This document shows positions 9,385 through 19,961 of a DNA stretch of 64,000 nucleotides, piece after piece. The stretch is from contig JBDRKW010000020.1 of NCBI GenBank assembly GCA_043813585.1, positions 265,034-329,033 of the forward strand, read 5' to 3'. The translations under genes were made by a program, and so were the position numbers. This stretch comes from Candidatus Kerfeldbacteria bacterium (lineage in GTDB: Bacteria > Patescibacteriota > Patescibacteriia > UBA9570 > XYC2-FULL-38-9). The notes below the pieces were generated by a model. The model had not been told where the DNA came from. It did no database searches and saw only the letters and a list, made by a program, of their open reading frames with translations. Every line of letters begins with the position of its first letter. Positions within the stretch are counted from its first letter, which is position 1.

Positions 9385-10830
9385 TCAATAGTGGGTCCAC
9401 ACCAAAGTGCCAATATCAGCCCAATTATAAAGGAATTTTGCGTCATTATAGCGCATGTTGACGCAACCATGGCTCATTGGGTGGCCGAAATTATTATGCC
9501 AATAAGCAGAATGCAGATAGAACCGCATTCCATTGCCGGCTGTGGCAAAGGCAAGGTTATACGGCGTATTCGGCAGGTAGTAACCCGGGCCTGAATACAA
9601 ATGGTTTAAGATCTTGTTAAATACGGAAAATTCGCCGACAGGAGTTGGCGTGCCCGGCAAACCTGAAGAAATAAGGAAAACATTGCGCAGGTACCCGTCC
9701 TCCCACACATATTCGATCTGTTCAGTAAGGTTCACTTCAATGTAACGCGCCGGCCGCTCCGGATCCGCTTTGGGATGCTGGAGGCCCGGACTGATAATAA
9801 TCTCCGGTGTTTGATCTTTGTCTATAGATGCAACGGAAATATTCATTCCGCCGCGGAAACCTTCTTCAAATAAATATTGCGAATCCACGTCAAGCGGGGT
9901 CCCGTCGCCCCTGAAATATTTTACCTCTGCCTGCTGGTCCCCTGCCGGAACGACCGCGATCTCCTCTGTACCGTCGCCATCAGCGTCGATTGCTGCCATC
10001 TCAACGCCGCTCCGGAATTCGCGCGACCATGCCTGGAATTCCGCCAGCACGGGGTACTCGCGATTTGCGTCAATGCGGTAACCCTTAATCCAGGTTTGCC
10101 CCCCGTTATCAAAACCAACATACAGGTCGCTATGCTCGCCGCCGCCTGTGTTTATGGCCGCCGCAATCAAGCCATAGGTATCTGTTTCTGAAAACGGCGA
10201 AATATCCGGTGCCTGCATAACCCCGTTGCTGTCCAGAATGCGCACCAGAGGAAACAATCCGCCAACGGTTGCTGCAATAATTTCCTCTTCCGGGCCGTTT
10301 AATACATTTCCAACTGCAATGGCAGTGCCAGCCGGAAACTCCGGAAACGCTTCAAACGTGCCGGCTGTATCCGTATCTTCCTGTAGCATCCCATCCAGGA
10401 TCCATACTTTTGATGAAGCGCCGTCCGGAACTGAAACGATTATCTCGTCTTCACCGTCACCGTCCACGTCGCCGCATTCGACATCAAGATAGGTCCAGTC
10501 GTTTGTTCCGTGGAAAATTGCCGTTTGCGATATGAGTGAATGGTCGCCCCTGAACACTTTAATAATGCCCAGCGCATCCGGTCCGCCGGCCTGCGCAACA
10601 ACGATTTCGTTAATGCCATCGCCGCCGACATCACCGACCGCAACATCAACGCCGCCCTGATAGGACTCGTCGAATGCCAGCCATGAATCCTGAACCTCGC
10701 GCGTTTCAAAATCAATCACCTGGATCTCCGGCGCGCGGTTCGGCACGGCTGCGGCAGAAAATGGAACACACAGGAAGATAACCGGCACCCACCAGAACAC
10801 GGTTCGCAGATATGGTCGTTGTTCGGACAT
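9385..10830 (-). CDS. Secreted protein: FG-GAP/VCBS beta-propeller repeats fused to a C-terminal L,D-transpeptidase (YkuD) catalytic domain
   Basis: Has an N-terminal signal peptide. The repeat motifs include VGDVGGDGINEIVV, GDVDGDGEDEII and IDADGDGTEEIAV. The C-terminus FYLHSAYWHNNFGHPMSHGCVNM carries the His/Cys YkuD motif. Confidence 0.75.
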   Translation of the reverse strand: MSEQRPYLRTVFWWVPVIFLCVPFSAAAVPNRAPEIQVIDFETREVQDSWLAFDESYQGGVDVAVGDVGGDGINEIVVAQAGGPDALGIIKVFRGDHSLISQTAIFHGTNDWTYLDVECGDVDGDGEDEIIVSVPDGASSKVWILDGMLQEDTDTAGTFEAFPEFPAGTAIAVGNVLNGPEEEIIAATVGGLFPLVRILDSNGVMQAPDISPFSETDTYGLIAAAINTGGGEHSDLYVGFDNGGQTWIKGYRIDANREYPVLAEFQAWSREFRSGVEMAAIDADGDGTEEIAVVPAGDQQAEVKYFRGDGTPLDVDSQYLFEEGFRGGMNISVASIDKDQTPEIIISPGLQHPKADPERPARYIEVNLTEQIEYVWEDGYLRNVFLISSGLPGTPTPVGEFSVFNKILNHLYSGPGYYLPNTPYNLAFATAGNGMRFYLHSAYWHNNFGHPMSHGCVNMRYNDAKFLYNWADIGTLVWTHY

Positions 10831-10929
10831 ATTATAGTTATGCCGCTTATCCCTCCCGCACAGCTTTTCTCGCTCAACTTTGAGAATTTCGCTCCTAAAA
10901 GCTGCGCTCGCGGGATTCGCTACATTACG

Positions 10930-12387
10930 TTATTCGTGGACAATGACCTTGTCGCCGACATCGGCCCAGTCATAGATCCATTGGGAGTTTTCCAGATTGA
11001 CGTTGATGCAGCCGTGGCTCATGACATGTCCGAAGTTGTTGTGCCAATAGGCATAGTGAATATAGTGGTGTTGGCGAAACCGCAAATTGTTCACCACGCC
11101 AGGCAGGTCATAATTGTCCGGGTGGCCCGGTCCGTACGTCCATTCATAATCATGCACCGGCAATTTAGCGAGCACCTCGGTTTCCCCGGTCGGCGTCGCG
11201 TACCGCGCAACTCCGGTAGACACATAAAATTCTTTTTCTTTCACACCGTTCCGGTAGGCCCGTAAAATCTGTTCGGACAAATCCACATCAATATATTTGA
11301 AAATGTCCGTCCTGCCTTCCACGATTTTCTTTTGCGGTATAGTGACTATTTCAATCTTTGCGTCTGCATCCACATTTCCCGCTGTAACCGATACGCCGCC
11401 CCGAAAATCTTCCTCATACGCAAGAAAGCCAGGATTATAAAGCTTTCCCTTCTTCCCCTTAAAGATACGAATGTGCGGTCCGCCGGACTGCCGAGGCGCA
11501 GTAATAATTTCATCAATACCGTCCATATCAACATCCGCACTCGCTAGGTTTACGCCGCCTCTGAAGTTAGCGTCATACGCCAGGAACTCGCTGATGATCG
11601 TATCATTCGCATCTGCCTTGTACACCTTGATGCGCGGCTCGCCAAACGAATGGATGGCCGTCACAACCTCTTCATCCTTCCCGCCATCAACATTCGCGGT
11701 CGCAACTGAAACGCCGCCCCGGTCTGTATCGGCAAACGGAAAAAAATCGATACCAATATAATTTCCATATTTATCAAAGACACGAACATGGGGTCCGCCG
11801 CCGGGCCCGGCGCCGGTGATAATATCTGCGCTCCCGCGTCCGTCAACATTCCCAACTGCAACATTTACGCCGCCGCGGAAATGTTCATCATATGCAAAGA
11901 ACCCCGGGGTAAATTTCTCTTTCCCTTTCATGTTAAACACGCGCACCTGCGGTCCGCCGCCGCGCCCTGCTCCAACAACAATCTCATCTTTACCATCGCC
12001 ATTCAGGTCGCCTGCAGCAACATTGACGCCCACGCGGACATTATCGCCAAATGCCAAAAATTCGGAGACTTTCGCACCGCCAGGCGTGAATACGGTGACG
12101 GTCGGGCTTGATCCCGGCCCGGCGCCGACGATAACTTCATCTTTTCCGTCGCCGTTGAAGTCTCCGGTTGCGACCGTCCCCCCATTTTCGTTTGCCTCAT
12201 CAAACGCCAGAAACGATTCCTGCTGGCTGGCGACAGTTCCTTTGTTTTGCATTTCAAAAACGCGGACTTCCGGCTGGCGGTAATCCGCGGCGTGCACTGG
12301 CTGTGCGGTAACTGCAACAAACGCAGCAAGTGCGCAGATGCCACCGCCAACAAACAGCACAGGTCTAAAATTACGATGCCTTATCAT
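10930..12387 (-). CDS. Secreted FG-GAP-repeat plus L,D-transpeptidase protein; tandem paralogue of 9385..10830
   Basis: Has a signal peptide and about six FG-GAP repeats (GDFNGDGKDEVIVGAGPG, GDLNGDGKDEIVVGAGRGGGP, and others). The C-terminus reads HYAYWHNNFGHVMSHGCINV. Confidence 0.75.
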   Translation of the reverse strand: MIRHRNFRPVLFVGGGICALAAFVAVTAQPVHAADYRQPEVRVFEMQNKGTVASQQESFLAFDEANENGGTVATGDFNGDGKDEVIVGAGPGSSPTVTVFTPGGAKVSEFLAFGDNVRVGVNVAAGDLNGDGKDEIVVGAGRGGGPQVRVFNMKGKEKFTPGFFAYDEHFRGGVNVAVGNVDGRGSADIITGAGPGGGPHVRVFDKYGNYIGIDFFPFADTDRGGVSVATANVDGGKDEEVVTAIHSFGEPRIKVYKADANDTIISEFLAYDANFRGGVNLASADVDMDGIDEIITAPRQSGGPHIRIFKGKKGKLYNPGFLAYEEDFRGGVSVTAGNVDADAKIEIVTIPQKKIVEGRTDIFKYIDVDLSEQILRAYRNGVKEKEFYVSTGVARYATPTGETEVLAKLPVHDYEWTYGPGHPDNYDLPGVVNNLRFRQHHYIHYAYWHNNFGHVMSHGCINVNLENSQWIYDWADVGDKVIVHE

Positions 12388-12420
12388 TTGACAACGCTAT
12401 TATATGGATTAACTAAATGT

Positions 12421-12449
12421 ATTATAACATTTCCGGAACGCCCGGTCAA
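12421..12449 (-). promoter_or_regulatory. Sigma-70-type promoter (TTGACC, 17-bp spacer, TATAAT) upstream of the FG-GAP/Ldt gene 10930..12387
   Basis: On the minus strand the -35 TTGACC is at 12449..12444 and the -10 TATAAT at 12426..12421, with a 17-bp spacer. It sits in the 70-bp gap between the secA stop and the ATG of the downstream gene. Confidence 0.6.
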
Positions 12450-12457
12450 CAACCGAC

Positions 12458-15262
12458 CTACGCCCCGTGGCATTTCTTATACTTCTTCCCCGATCCGCAC
12501 GGACACGGATCGTTGCGTCCGATCTTTTTTCCGTCAACGCTCTTTTTTTGCGAAACGAATGGCTGCTTCTGCTCCTGTTTTTCCTGGCCCTGTTGCGGCC
12601 GCTGTTCCGTCATCTCTTTCTGTGGAGCAATGTAATTGACATGTTCGCCATGCATGCGCCGATCTGCCACCATTCTCGCGTCGCGCAACTTATAAATATT
12701 ATAAACAACCTGCTTCTGAATATTATCGAGTAACTCCTGGAACATCTGATAAGACTCGCGCTTATATTCAACCAGCGGATCACGCTGGCCATAGCCGCGC
12801 AGCCCGATGGAATCACGGAGGAATGACATCTGGTCCAAGTGCTCAATCCAAAGCGTATCGATGGCGCGGAGCGTAAATCCTTTTTCCACCCGGTGGCTCA
12901 GCTCTTCGTCTCCGATCTCGTCGATCATCTTCTTGTACGCCTGCTGCGCCTGCTCCTGGAAGTAATCAATCATCTTCGTCCGCGCCTCCGCATGCTCCAG
13001 CTTCCCGTCGCCCTTGTCCGCAAGCTGATTAACGGCAACCATGCACGCCTGTTCGGTCATCGGGAAAATCGTCTTCATGACCTCGCACACCTCTTTCATG
13101 TCCCATGCCTCGGATTCTTCCTGGTTGGTATGGAACGAAACAACATGCTCTATCTCGCCTTCAATCATCTCTGAAATAGTTGCGCGCAATTTTTCCGGCT
13201 CATCGTCAAGAATCGAATTCCTCCGGCGGTAGATCGTTTCACGATGTTTATTGATAACATCGTCATATTCCAGAAGGTGCTTGCGAATATCAAAGTTCCG
13301 CGACTCCACCTTGGATTGCGCCGATTCAATCGATCGCGATACCATCTTGTTCTCGATAGGCATGTCGTCCGGCACGCCGAGCTTTCCCATAAACGACTTC
13401 ATCCGGTCGGAACCGAAAATGCGCATGAGTTCGTCATCCATGGACACGAAGAACTGGCTTGTTCCGGGATCGCCCTGGCGTCCGGTTCGCCCACGCAGCT
13501 GGTTGTCGATGCGGCGGGCTTCATGGCGTTCTGTGCCGATAACGGCCAGGCCTCCCAATTCTATCACCTTACGCGCCTCCTCAATACTGGGCGGATTGCC
13601 GCCGAGAATGATGTCAACGCCGCGGCCGGCCATATTGGTTGCCACCGTCACTGCTCCGAGCCTGCCCGCTTGCGCAATGACCTCTGCCTCTCTCTCATGC
13701 TGTTTTGCGTTCAATACGTTATGGGGGATTCCGCTGGCTGTCAACATTTGACTGAACAGTTCATTCTGTTCAATGGATATCGTGCCGACCAGCACCGGCT
13801 GCCCCTTGTCATGCAGCTCTTTGATCTGGTTGATAACCGCCTGGAACTTGCCCTGCAGATTTTTGTACACGCGGTCGGAGTAATCCGTTCGCTGCAGATC
13901 CCGATTGGTGGGAATGACCACAACGTCCAACCCGTAAATCTTGAAAAATTCCTCTGCCTCTGTTTCCGCCGTACCGGTCATGCCGCTTAATTTTTTGTAC
14001 ATGCGGAAATAATTCTGAAGTGTAATGGTTGCAAGCGTCTGTGATTCCTGCTTGATTTTTAATCCTTCTTTTGCCTCAATTGCCTGGTGCAGCCCTTCTG
14101 AATATCGCCGTCCGTGCATCAGGCGGCCTGTAAACTCATCAACGATCAACACTTCGTCTTCCTTTACGACGTAATCCTTCTCGCGCGTGAACAAACAGCG
14201 CGCTTTCAATGCCTGTTCAATATGATGAACCGTGCGCAGTCCGCCGGCCGTATAGATATTTTCAACGTTCAGCGCCTTCTCTAGTTTTTCGATCCCCTGC
14301 TCAGAGAGCGACACGGACTTCATTTTCTCGTCCACGTTGAAATCCTCGTTTTCCGTAAGCGCAGAAACAAGCTGTGAAAACTGGTAGTATTGGTCAGTCG
14401 CCTCTGCTGCCGGCGCAGAAATAATAAGCGGCGTCCTTGCTTCGTCAATTAATATGGAATCGACTTCATCAATGATAGCGAAAAACAGCTGGCGCTGAAC
14501 CCGGTCTTCCGTATTCTGCACCATATTGTCGCGCAGATAGTCAAACCCGAATTCGTTGTTCGTGCCAAAGGTGATATCGGCCTGGTACGCTTCACGGCGC
14601 GACGCTTCGCGCAGGTGGTCCATGTCGGCGACGATGAGCGACTCATTTCCCCCGCCTTCTGTTGACGGCTCGCCCTTCTCTTCATCCTGACGTTCGTCCA
14701 CGTCTTTCGGCCGGCGAACTTTCTTGATATCCGCATCATAAATAAACGCTGCCTGGTTTTGGATGCACGAAACGGTCAAACCCAAAAAATAATAGACCTG
14801 GCCCATCCAGTCCGCATCGCGGCGGGCGAGGTAATCATTCACCGTCACCACATGAACGCCTTTTCCCTCAAGTGCATTCAGGTACGCGGCGGTTGTTGCC
14901 GCCAGCGTCTTGCCTTCACCAGTGCGCATCTCCGAAATTTTGCCCCGGTGCAGCGCAAAACCGCCCATGATTTGAACATCATAATGCCGCTGCCCCAGCG
15001 TTCTCCATGCCGCCTCCCTGACAACCGCAAACGCCTCATGCGCAATATCATCAGGTGAAGCGCCGTTTTTCAGCTTCTCCTTAAACTCTGCTGTTTTTGA
15101 AGACAACGACTCGTCAGAAAGAGATTTTACCGAATCCTCCAGAGCATTGACCTTTTCTACGTCAGCCTGGATTTCCTTCAATTTCTTCTTATTTTGATCG
15201 CCAAATAATTTTTCGACGAATTTAATTGTAGCCATACGTTCGTACTCTAGTGCTTCAGACAA
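12458..15262 (-). CDS. secA: Preprotein translocase ATPase SecA
   Basis: Is 934 aa and starts [12 protein letters not shown]. Contains the DEAD-like motor and a C-terminal zinc finger [14 protein letters not shown]. Confidence 0.95.
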   Translation of the reverse strand: MSEALEYERMATIKFVEKLFGDQNKKKLKEIQADVEKVNALEDSVKSLSDESLSSKTAEFKEKLKNGASPDDIAHEAFAVVREAAWRTLGQRHYDVQIMGGFALHRGKISEMRTGEGKTLAATTAAYLNALEGKGVHVVTVNDYLARRDADWMGQVYYFLGLTVSCIQNQAAFIYDADIKKVRRPKDVDERQDEEKGEPSTEGGGNESLIVADMDHLREASRREAYQADITFGTNNEFGFDYLRDNMVQNTEDRVQRQLFFAIIDEVDSILIDEARTPLIISAPAAEATDQYYQFSQLVSALTENEDFNVDEKMKSVSLSEQGIEKLEKALNVENIYTAGGLRTVHHIEQALKARCLFTREKDYVVKEDEVLIVDEFTGRLMHGRRYSEGLHQAIEAKEGLKIKQESQTLATITLQNYFRMYKKLSGMTGTAETEAEEFFKIYGLDVVVIPTNRDLQRTDYSDRVYKNLQGKFQAVINQIKELHDKGQPVLVGTISIEQNELFSQMLTASGIPHNVLNAKQHEREAEVIAQAGRLGAVTVATNMAGRGVDIILGGNPPSIEEARKVIELGGLAVIGTERHEARRIDNQLRGRTGRQGDPGTSQFFVSMDDELMRIFGSDRMKSFMGKLGVPDDMPIENKMVSRSIESAQSKVESRNFDIRKHLLEYDDVINKHRETIYRRRNSILDDEPEKLRATISEMIEGEIEHVVSFHTNQEESEAWDMKEVCEVMKTIFPMTEQACMVAVNQLADKGDGKLEHAEARTKMIDYFQEQAQQAYKKMIDEIGDEELSHRVEKGFTLRAIDTLWIEHLDQMSFLRDSIGLRGYGQRDPLVEYKRESYQMFQELLDNIQKQVVYNIYKLRDARMVADRRMHGEHVNYIAPQKEMTEQRPQQGQEKQEQKQPFVSQKKSVDGKKIGRNDPCPCGSGKKYKKCHGA

Positions 15263-16247
15263 AAACCGTCAACCGCGGTTCAAGCGCCAATTTTCGTATT
15301 TCCACATATTGCGGCGTAACACGCACTGACGCGAGCGAATCTTCATATATCCGGCCATTATTCATATCATCGCTGGTATACTCCGGATAGAAGCGAATCT
15401 CGTCATTTCTCCCGATTCTGGTATGAACTGCTGAACCTTTCTGACTAAGGTGGGTCATCTGGCCTTTGGTCAGGAAAAAACGCTCCGGCGCTCCATATGT
15501 GCCAATGCGATTGGGAAATGACAGCTCCAACTGCATGCCTTGTTGTACGCGATTCCGCGGTATAGTTGCTTTTGGATCAACGTCAAACCGTTCAACAGGC
15601 TCAGGATCCAAAATTAACATATCGTGCGAAAACAACAGAGGGTCAAACACGCGTACATGCGCCGGAATCCTGAAATGCTTGCCTTCATTCCGTATACTGA
15701 CATGAATCGGCTGGACTTCGCCAATCCATTCCGGCTCCCGTTCATACACGCGGTCCAGTTCTGACATCTTTTTCGCATACTGGAATTTCTCATTGAATTG
15801 CCGGACTGAATCAACTTCGCCTAACTGGAACATGTCCTGAAGACGCAACGAGCTCGAAGCTGAAAGCACAGCCGAATATAATTTATAGAGCACTGCTTCA
15901 TCAAACAGCGCAGCCAGCACGGCAAATTCCCTGTACGCCTGTGAAAGCGCTCCAACGTCACCGTCGCCGGTTTTAAACGCCGTTATTGTCTCTTCAGTTT
16001 GGGGGAAGACCCGAACGACATCGTTATACCCCATCCACTCGGCAACAACGCGAATAAAACGCGACCCGCCCTTTTCCATGCTTTGATTCAGCCACTGAAC
16101 AGTCTTATAGACAGACGGATCCGCTACAGTGCGAATGAACTCGTCCGCGCTTTCCGGATCGAGCGGTTCGGGAACGCCGCAGAGCCACGAAACAAGCCGG
16201 CACTTTGCCGCATCAAGAGAATCTGATTGTAATTGGCTGGTATGCAT
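15255..16247 (-). CDS. Hypothetical protein of 330 aa that overlaps the secA start by 8 bp
   Basis: A clean ORF with coding-like composition. I recognise no family. It sits between hpf and secA, so it is probably co-transcribed with them. Confidence 0.5.
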   Translation of the reverse strand: MHTSQLQSDSLDAAKCRLVSWLCGVPEPLDPESADEFIRTVADPSVYKTVQWLNQSMEKGGSRFIRVVAEWMGYNDVVRVFPQTEETITAFKTGDGDVGALSQAYREFAVLAALFDEAVLYKLYSAVLSASSSLRLQDMFQLGEVDSVRQFNEKFQYAKKMSELDRVYEREPEWIGEVQPIHVSIRNEGKHFRIPAHVRVFDPLLFSHDMLILDPEPVERFDVDPKATIPRNRVQQGMQLELSFPNRIGTYGAPERFFLTKGQMTHLSQKGSAVHTRIGRNDEIRFYPEYTSDDMNNGRIYEDSLASVRVTPQYVEIRKLALEPRLTVFV

Positions 16248-16256
16248 CCTTCCTCC

Positions 16257-16652
16257 TTAGTCGCCCTGCTCTTTCCAAAATGTCAGTATTGATTTTAAAT
16301 TACGCGTATGCTTTCGCGCCTTCTTGTTTTTTGTCTCGAATTTCTCCTTGTACCTCCGGACCTGACGCTCCATCTCATCGCGACATACATCAATCGACGC
16401 ATACAAATCCTCCTGCGTCTGCTCGCACCGCAATAACTGGTTCGGTACCGAAACATTCATGCGCGTGTTGAACACATCTCCTTTTTTGTGATGCGTATTG
16501 CGCGACACCTCCACGTCAATCTCTATGATATTGTTGTAATACTTTGTAAGGCTTGCGGTCTTTTCCATGACGTACGACTTGATCGCATCGGTAAGATCCA
16601 TGTTCTTACCTGAAATATTGGTTGGCATAGGAATACCATTAATAATTGGCAC
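16257..16652 (-). CDS. hpf: Ribosome hibernation-promoting factor / RaiA (YfiA) family protein; the start may be the internal Met at about 16628
   Basis: TNISGKNMDLTDAIKSYVMEKTASLTKYY aligns with the HPF N-terminus MNINITGHHVEITDALREYV, and a C-terminal basic tail follows. Among ribosome-associated inhibitors I cannot separate the short HPF from RaiA. Confidence 0.75.
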   Translation of the reverse strand: MPIINGIPMPTNISGKNMDLTDAIKSYVMEKTASLTKYYNNIIEIDVEVSRNTHHKKGDVFNTRMNVSVPNQLLRCEQTQEDLYASIDVCRDEMERQVRRYKEKFETKNKKARKHTRNLKSILTFWKEQGD

Positions 16653-16697
16653 TCCTATTGTACCATATCTTGGCTGTTCGTAGTATTGAAAAAACAG

Positions 16698-17585
16698 TTA
16701 AAAACCGATGTATTCGATCTCTTCCTGGAGCTGCACGCCTTTCTTATCCCGAACCTGCTGTTTAACGTAGGAAATAAGCATTACAACGTCTTTTGCTGTT
16801 GCGTTTCCCGTATTGACAATGAAATTGGCATGCTTTTCAGACACTTTTGCCCCGCCCATCTGCTTCCCTTTCAAATCCAGCTCGTCGATCAATTGGCCGG
16901 CGCTTTTATCAGTCTGCCCAACCGGGTTTGCAAACGCACACCCGGCGCTCAACGCACCGATATCCTGCGTTTCTGTACGCATAGAAGCCAGCTCTTTTGT
17001 TGCTACCCTGATTTCATCCTGATTCCCTTTCTGGAGCTGGAACAGCGCATCAACAATAACATGCGGCTCCTTCTTAAATATACTGTTGCGGTACGAAAAC
17101 TGGCAGTCATTAACCGAAAGAACCCGCTCTTCTCCGTTTTGGGTGATCGCAGCAGCCTCAATCAATACATCTTTTATCTCATGGCCGCGCGCACCAAGAT
17201 TGGCCCAGACAGCTCCGCCCACGGTTGCCGGAACGCCAATGGCAAATTCCAAGCCGGTCAGCTCCCTCTGCATGCATTCTGTAATTAATTTTCCCATCTT
17301 CACGCCGGCTTCTGCGCGTACCTGCATTAGATTCTCATCGAATTCGATTGCATTCAATTCCAATTTTATCGCCAATCCTTTGAACCCATCATCCGAAATC
17401 AAAACATCAGAACCGCCGCCCAGGAGAAACCAATCAATATCATTTGCCCGGGCCTGGGCAAGCGCTTCCTTCAGTTCTGCACGAGTGTTCACAACAGCAA
17501 AATACTGCGCCGGACCGCCAATTTTAAATGTCGTGTACGGAGCGAGCTCTATCTGTTCCTGCATATTGGGCAATGAAAGCGCCAT
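16698..17585 (-). CDS. murB: UDP-N-acetylenolpyruvoylglucosamine reductase MurB
   Basis: Starts with the FAD-binding segment APYTTFKIGGPAQYF and contains LLGGGSDVL and SAGCAF. Confidence 0.9.
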   Translation of the reverse strand: MALSLPNMQEQIELAPYTTFKIGGPAQYFAVVNTRAELKEALAQARANDIDWFLLGGGSDVLISDDGFKGLAIKLELNAIEFDENLMQVRAEAGVKMGKLITECMQRELTGLEFAIGVPATVGGAVWANLGARGHEIKDVLIEAAAITQNGEERVLSVNDCQFSYRNSIFKKEPHVIVDALFQLQKGNQDEIRVATKELASMRTETQDIGALSAGCAFANPVGQTDKSAGQLIDELDLKGKQMGGAKVSEKHANFIVNTGNATAKDVVMLISYVKQQVRDKKGVQLQEEIEYIGF

Positions 17586-17587
17586 AT

Positions 17588-18955
17588 CTAATCTGTGAGT
17601 GATTGAGCGAGCAGATAAATATCGCCTGCTCCCATAATAAGAAGAATGTCCTTCTTTACTATAATATCATCAATTATTTCGCGTGTCGCTTCGGCGTTTG
17701 GCGAAAACGCAGCAAACATCCCCCGCTGCTCCAGCGCATCGCACAACTGTTTTGAGCTGATCTCAAGGCGTTCCTGTTCGCGTCCTGCGACATCGAATAT
17801 TTCCTGCACCACTGCATAATCCGCCCGGGCCAGTGCATCGGCAAACTGATCAAAGAACTTGATTGTGCGCGACCGCTGATGCGGTTGGAACACCACAACA
17901 ACCCTCCGCCCGGGATACAGCTGCCGAGCTGCGTCAATCGTCGACGCTACAGCAGTCGGGTGATGGGCATAATCCGAAACAACCGTGGCGCGCCTGTACT
18001 CGCCGAGTATCTCAAACCGCCGCCAAACGCCGGTGAATCCGGAAAGCGCCTGCCTGGTTGTATCTTCAGACAATTCCAAATGCTTGCCAAGCGCAATGCT
18101 CGGCAATGCATTCAATATATTAAACGTACCCGGGACGCGAAGTTCATACTGAGCACCGCCGGCTGTAAATGCCTGAACGCCGTCTCCGGCCTGAATTTGT
18201 TCTGCTTTAATATCAGCATCCTGTTCAATGCCGAATGTGATTCGCTTCGCCGGACTGGCCAGCGCGGCCGCCTCTTTATCATCGGCATTGGCAATAAGCA
18301 GGCCGCCCTCCGGAAGCTTCCCAACATATGACTGGAACGCGCTCCTGATATGATCCATATCCCTGTAGTAATCCAGGTGCTCTTCCTCGATATTGGTCAG
18401 CACAATCACGGTCGGAGAAAGTTCCAACATATGCTCCTGATGTTCGCATGCTTCAACAATAATCAGGTCGCGGCTGCCGGACCGCGCATTGCTTCCAAAT
18501 TCTTTTACTATGCTTCCCACAATAACCGTCGGATCCAGTCCTCCTGCAAGCAGCGTCTGCGCGAGCATGGCGGTGGTCGTCGTCTTCCCGTGGGTACCGG
18601 ACACGGCGATGCGCGTTGCAAACTGCATCATGTATTCGCCCAGTGCCTGGAAATAATTCATGGATGGAATGCCGAGCTCTGCCGCCTTCATCCGTTCGGG
18701 ATGGTCTTCCGGGACTGCGCCGGAATAAATAAAATAATCCATATTGTCTGTAATCCCGCTGCCATCCTGAATAAAATTAACTGCTATCCCAGCTTGCTTA
18801 AGCATTTCCGTGACCTTTGATTCGGCAATTTCAGATCCGCTGACTGCTGTTCCGCCGGCATGAAGAAGCTGCGCCAACGCAGAGGTACCGATTCCTCCGA
18901 TCCCTGAAAAATAGATTGTTTTAGCGTCCCGGAGCTTCATGGATAATAGATGCAA
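17588..18955 (-). CDS. murC: UDP-N-acetylmuramate--L-alanine ligase MurC; the probable start is MKLRD at 18940
   Basis: Contains IYFSGIGGIGTSALA and the Mur ligase P-loop VSGTHGKTTTTAML. Confidence 0.9.
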   Translation of the reverse strand: MHLLSMKLRDAKTIYFSGIGGIGTSALAQLLHAGGTAVSGSEIAESKVTEMLKQAGIAVNFIQDGSGITDNMDYFIYSGAVPEDHPERMKAAELGIPSMNYFQALGEYMMQFATRIAVSGTHGKTTTTAMLAQTLLAGGLDPTVIVGSIVKEFGSNARSGSRDLIIVEACEHQEHMLELSPTVIVLTNIEEEHLDYYRDMDHIRSAFQSYVGKLPEGGLLIANADDKEAAALASPAKRITFGIEQDADIKAEQIQAGDGVQAFTAGGAQYELRVPGTFNILNALPSIALGKHLELSEDTTRQALSGFTGVWRRFEILGEYRRATVVSDYAHHPTAVASTIDAARQLYPGRRVVVVFQPHQRSRTIKFFDQFADALARADYAVVQEIFDVAGREQERLEISSKQLCDALEQRGMFAAFSPNAEATREIIDDIIVKKDILLIMGAGDIYLLAQSLTD

Positions 18956-19961
18956 ATTGCTGAACAGCGTCCTGTTTATAGAACTCTTTAATGCGAGCCC
19001 GCAGTGTACGCATTTTTTCCGGATTATTCAAGAGCGCGTTAATCTCCCGTACTAAAGATTCGGGCGTAAGCTCTTTTTGCGAAAGCACCACGGCAGCGCT
19101 ATGTTGTTGCAGCAACACAGCGTTCGCTTCCTGATGCGTACCCGGCATCGGAATAATAATTGCCGGCTTCCCCAGCGCGGCCAGCTCTGAAATGGTGCCC
19201 AATCCGGCACGCGCTACGACCACGTCGGCTTTCGCAAACGCTTCTTTCATCTCTTCATGCAAATATTCATATCGATGGTAGCGGTCATGCTCAAACGGTT
19301 CGCCATCCCTGCCCGACCCGGTCATATGGATTACGTTCATGGTGTCGCACAATGCCGGCGATACCAGTGCGTTGATCGCCTTGGCTCCTGTTCCTCCCCC
19401 AAAAATGAATAGGGTCGGAACGGAACGATCAACTGCAAGGGTATCCGTCACGGGCGTAAGGTCGCGAACTGGGTTTCCAACCCAGCGCGCCTTCCCTTTT
19501 GCAAAATGCCTTAACGACTCTTCAAATGCCACGGTAATGGCTGACGCGCACGGAGACATCAATCTATTCGCAAGGCCGGGCTGGATGTCCTGCTGATGGA
19601 TAACGCTCGGGATGCGCTTGAACCATCCGGCCCATACGACGGGGACGGAAACAAAGCCGCCGGCAGATACAATAACGTCCGGCGCAATGCGCTTCACCAA
19701 CCGGCATGCGCGGATCAAAGAAATGATCATCTGAAATGGCACCGCGAAATGTCGAAACGAGAAATAGCGCCTCAATTTTGGCGCAGGCAACGCATAAAAC
19801 GGAATGGACAGCGCTTCCACTGAAATGCGCTCCGGACCGTTAGGCGTGCCGATAAACTGAATAGCATCTCCGCGCCGACGAAGCTCCGGAACAACCGCAA
19901 GCAGCGGGCTCACAGGCCCCATCGTTCCTCCGCCGGTTAACAGTATTTTCATATTGAGCAA
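18921..19961 (-). CDS. murG: Lipid II synthase MurG (undecaprenyl-PP-MurNAc-pentapeptide GlcNAc transferase)
   Basis: Has the N-terminal glycine-rich loop MKILLTGGGTMGPVSP and a GT28 C-domain. Its position between ftsW and murC is the conserved one. Confidence 0.85.
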   Translation of the reverse strand: MLNMKILLTGGGTMGPVSPLLAVVPELRRRGDAIQFIGTPNGPERISVEALSIPFYALPAPKLRRYFSFRHFAVPFQMIISLIRACRLVKRIAPDVIVSAGGFVSVPVVWAGWFKRIPSVIHQQDIQPGLANRLMSPCASAITVAFEESLRHFAKGKARWVGNPVRDLTPVTDTLAVDRSVPTLFIFGGGTGAKAINALVSPALCDTMNVIHMTGSGRDGEPFEHDRYHRYEYLHEEMKEAFAKADVVVARAGLGTISELAALGKPAIIIPMPGTHQEANAVLLQQHSAAVVLSQKELTPESLVREINALLNNPEKMRTLRARIKEFYKQDAVQQFASIIHEAPGR

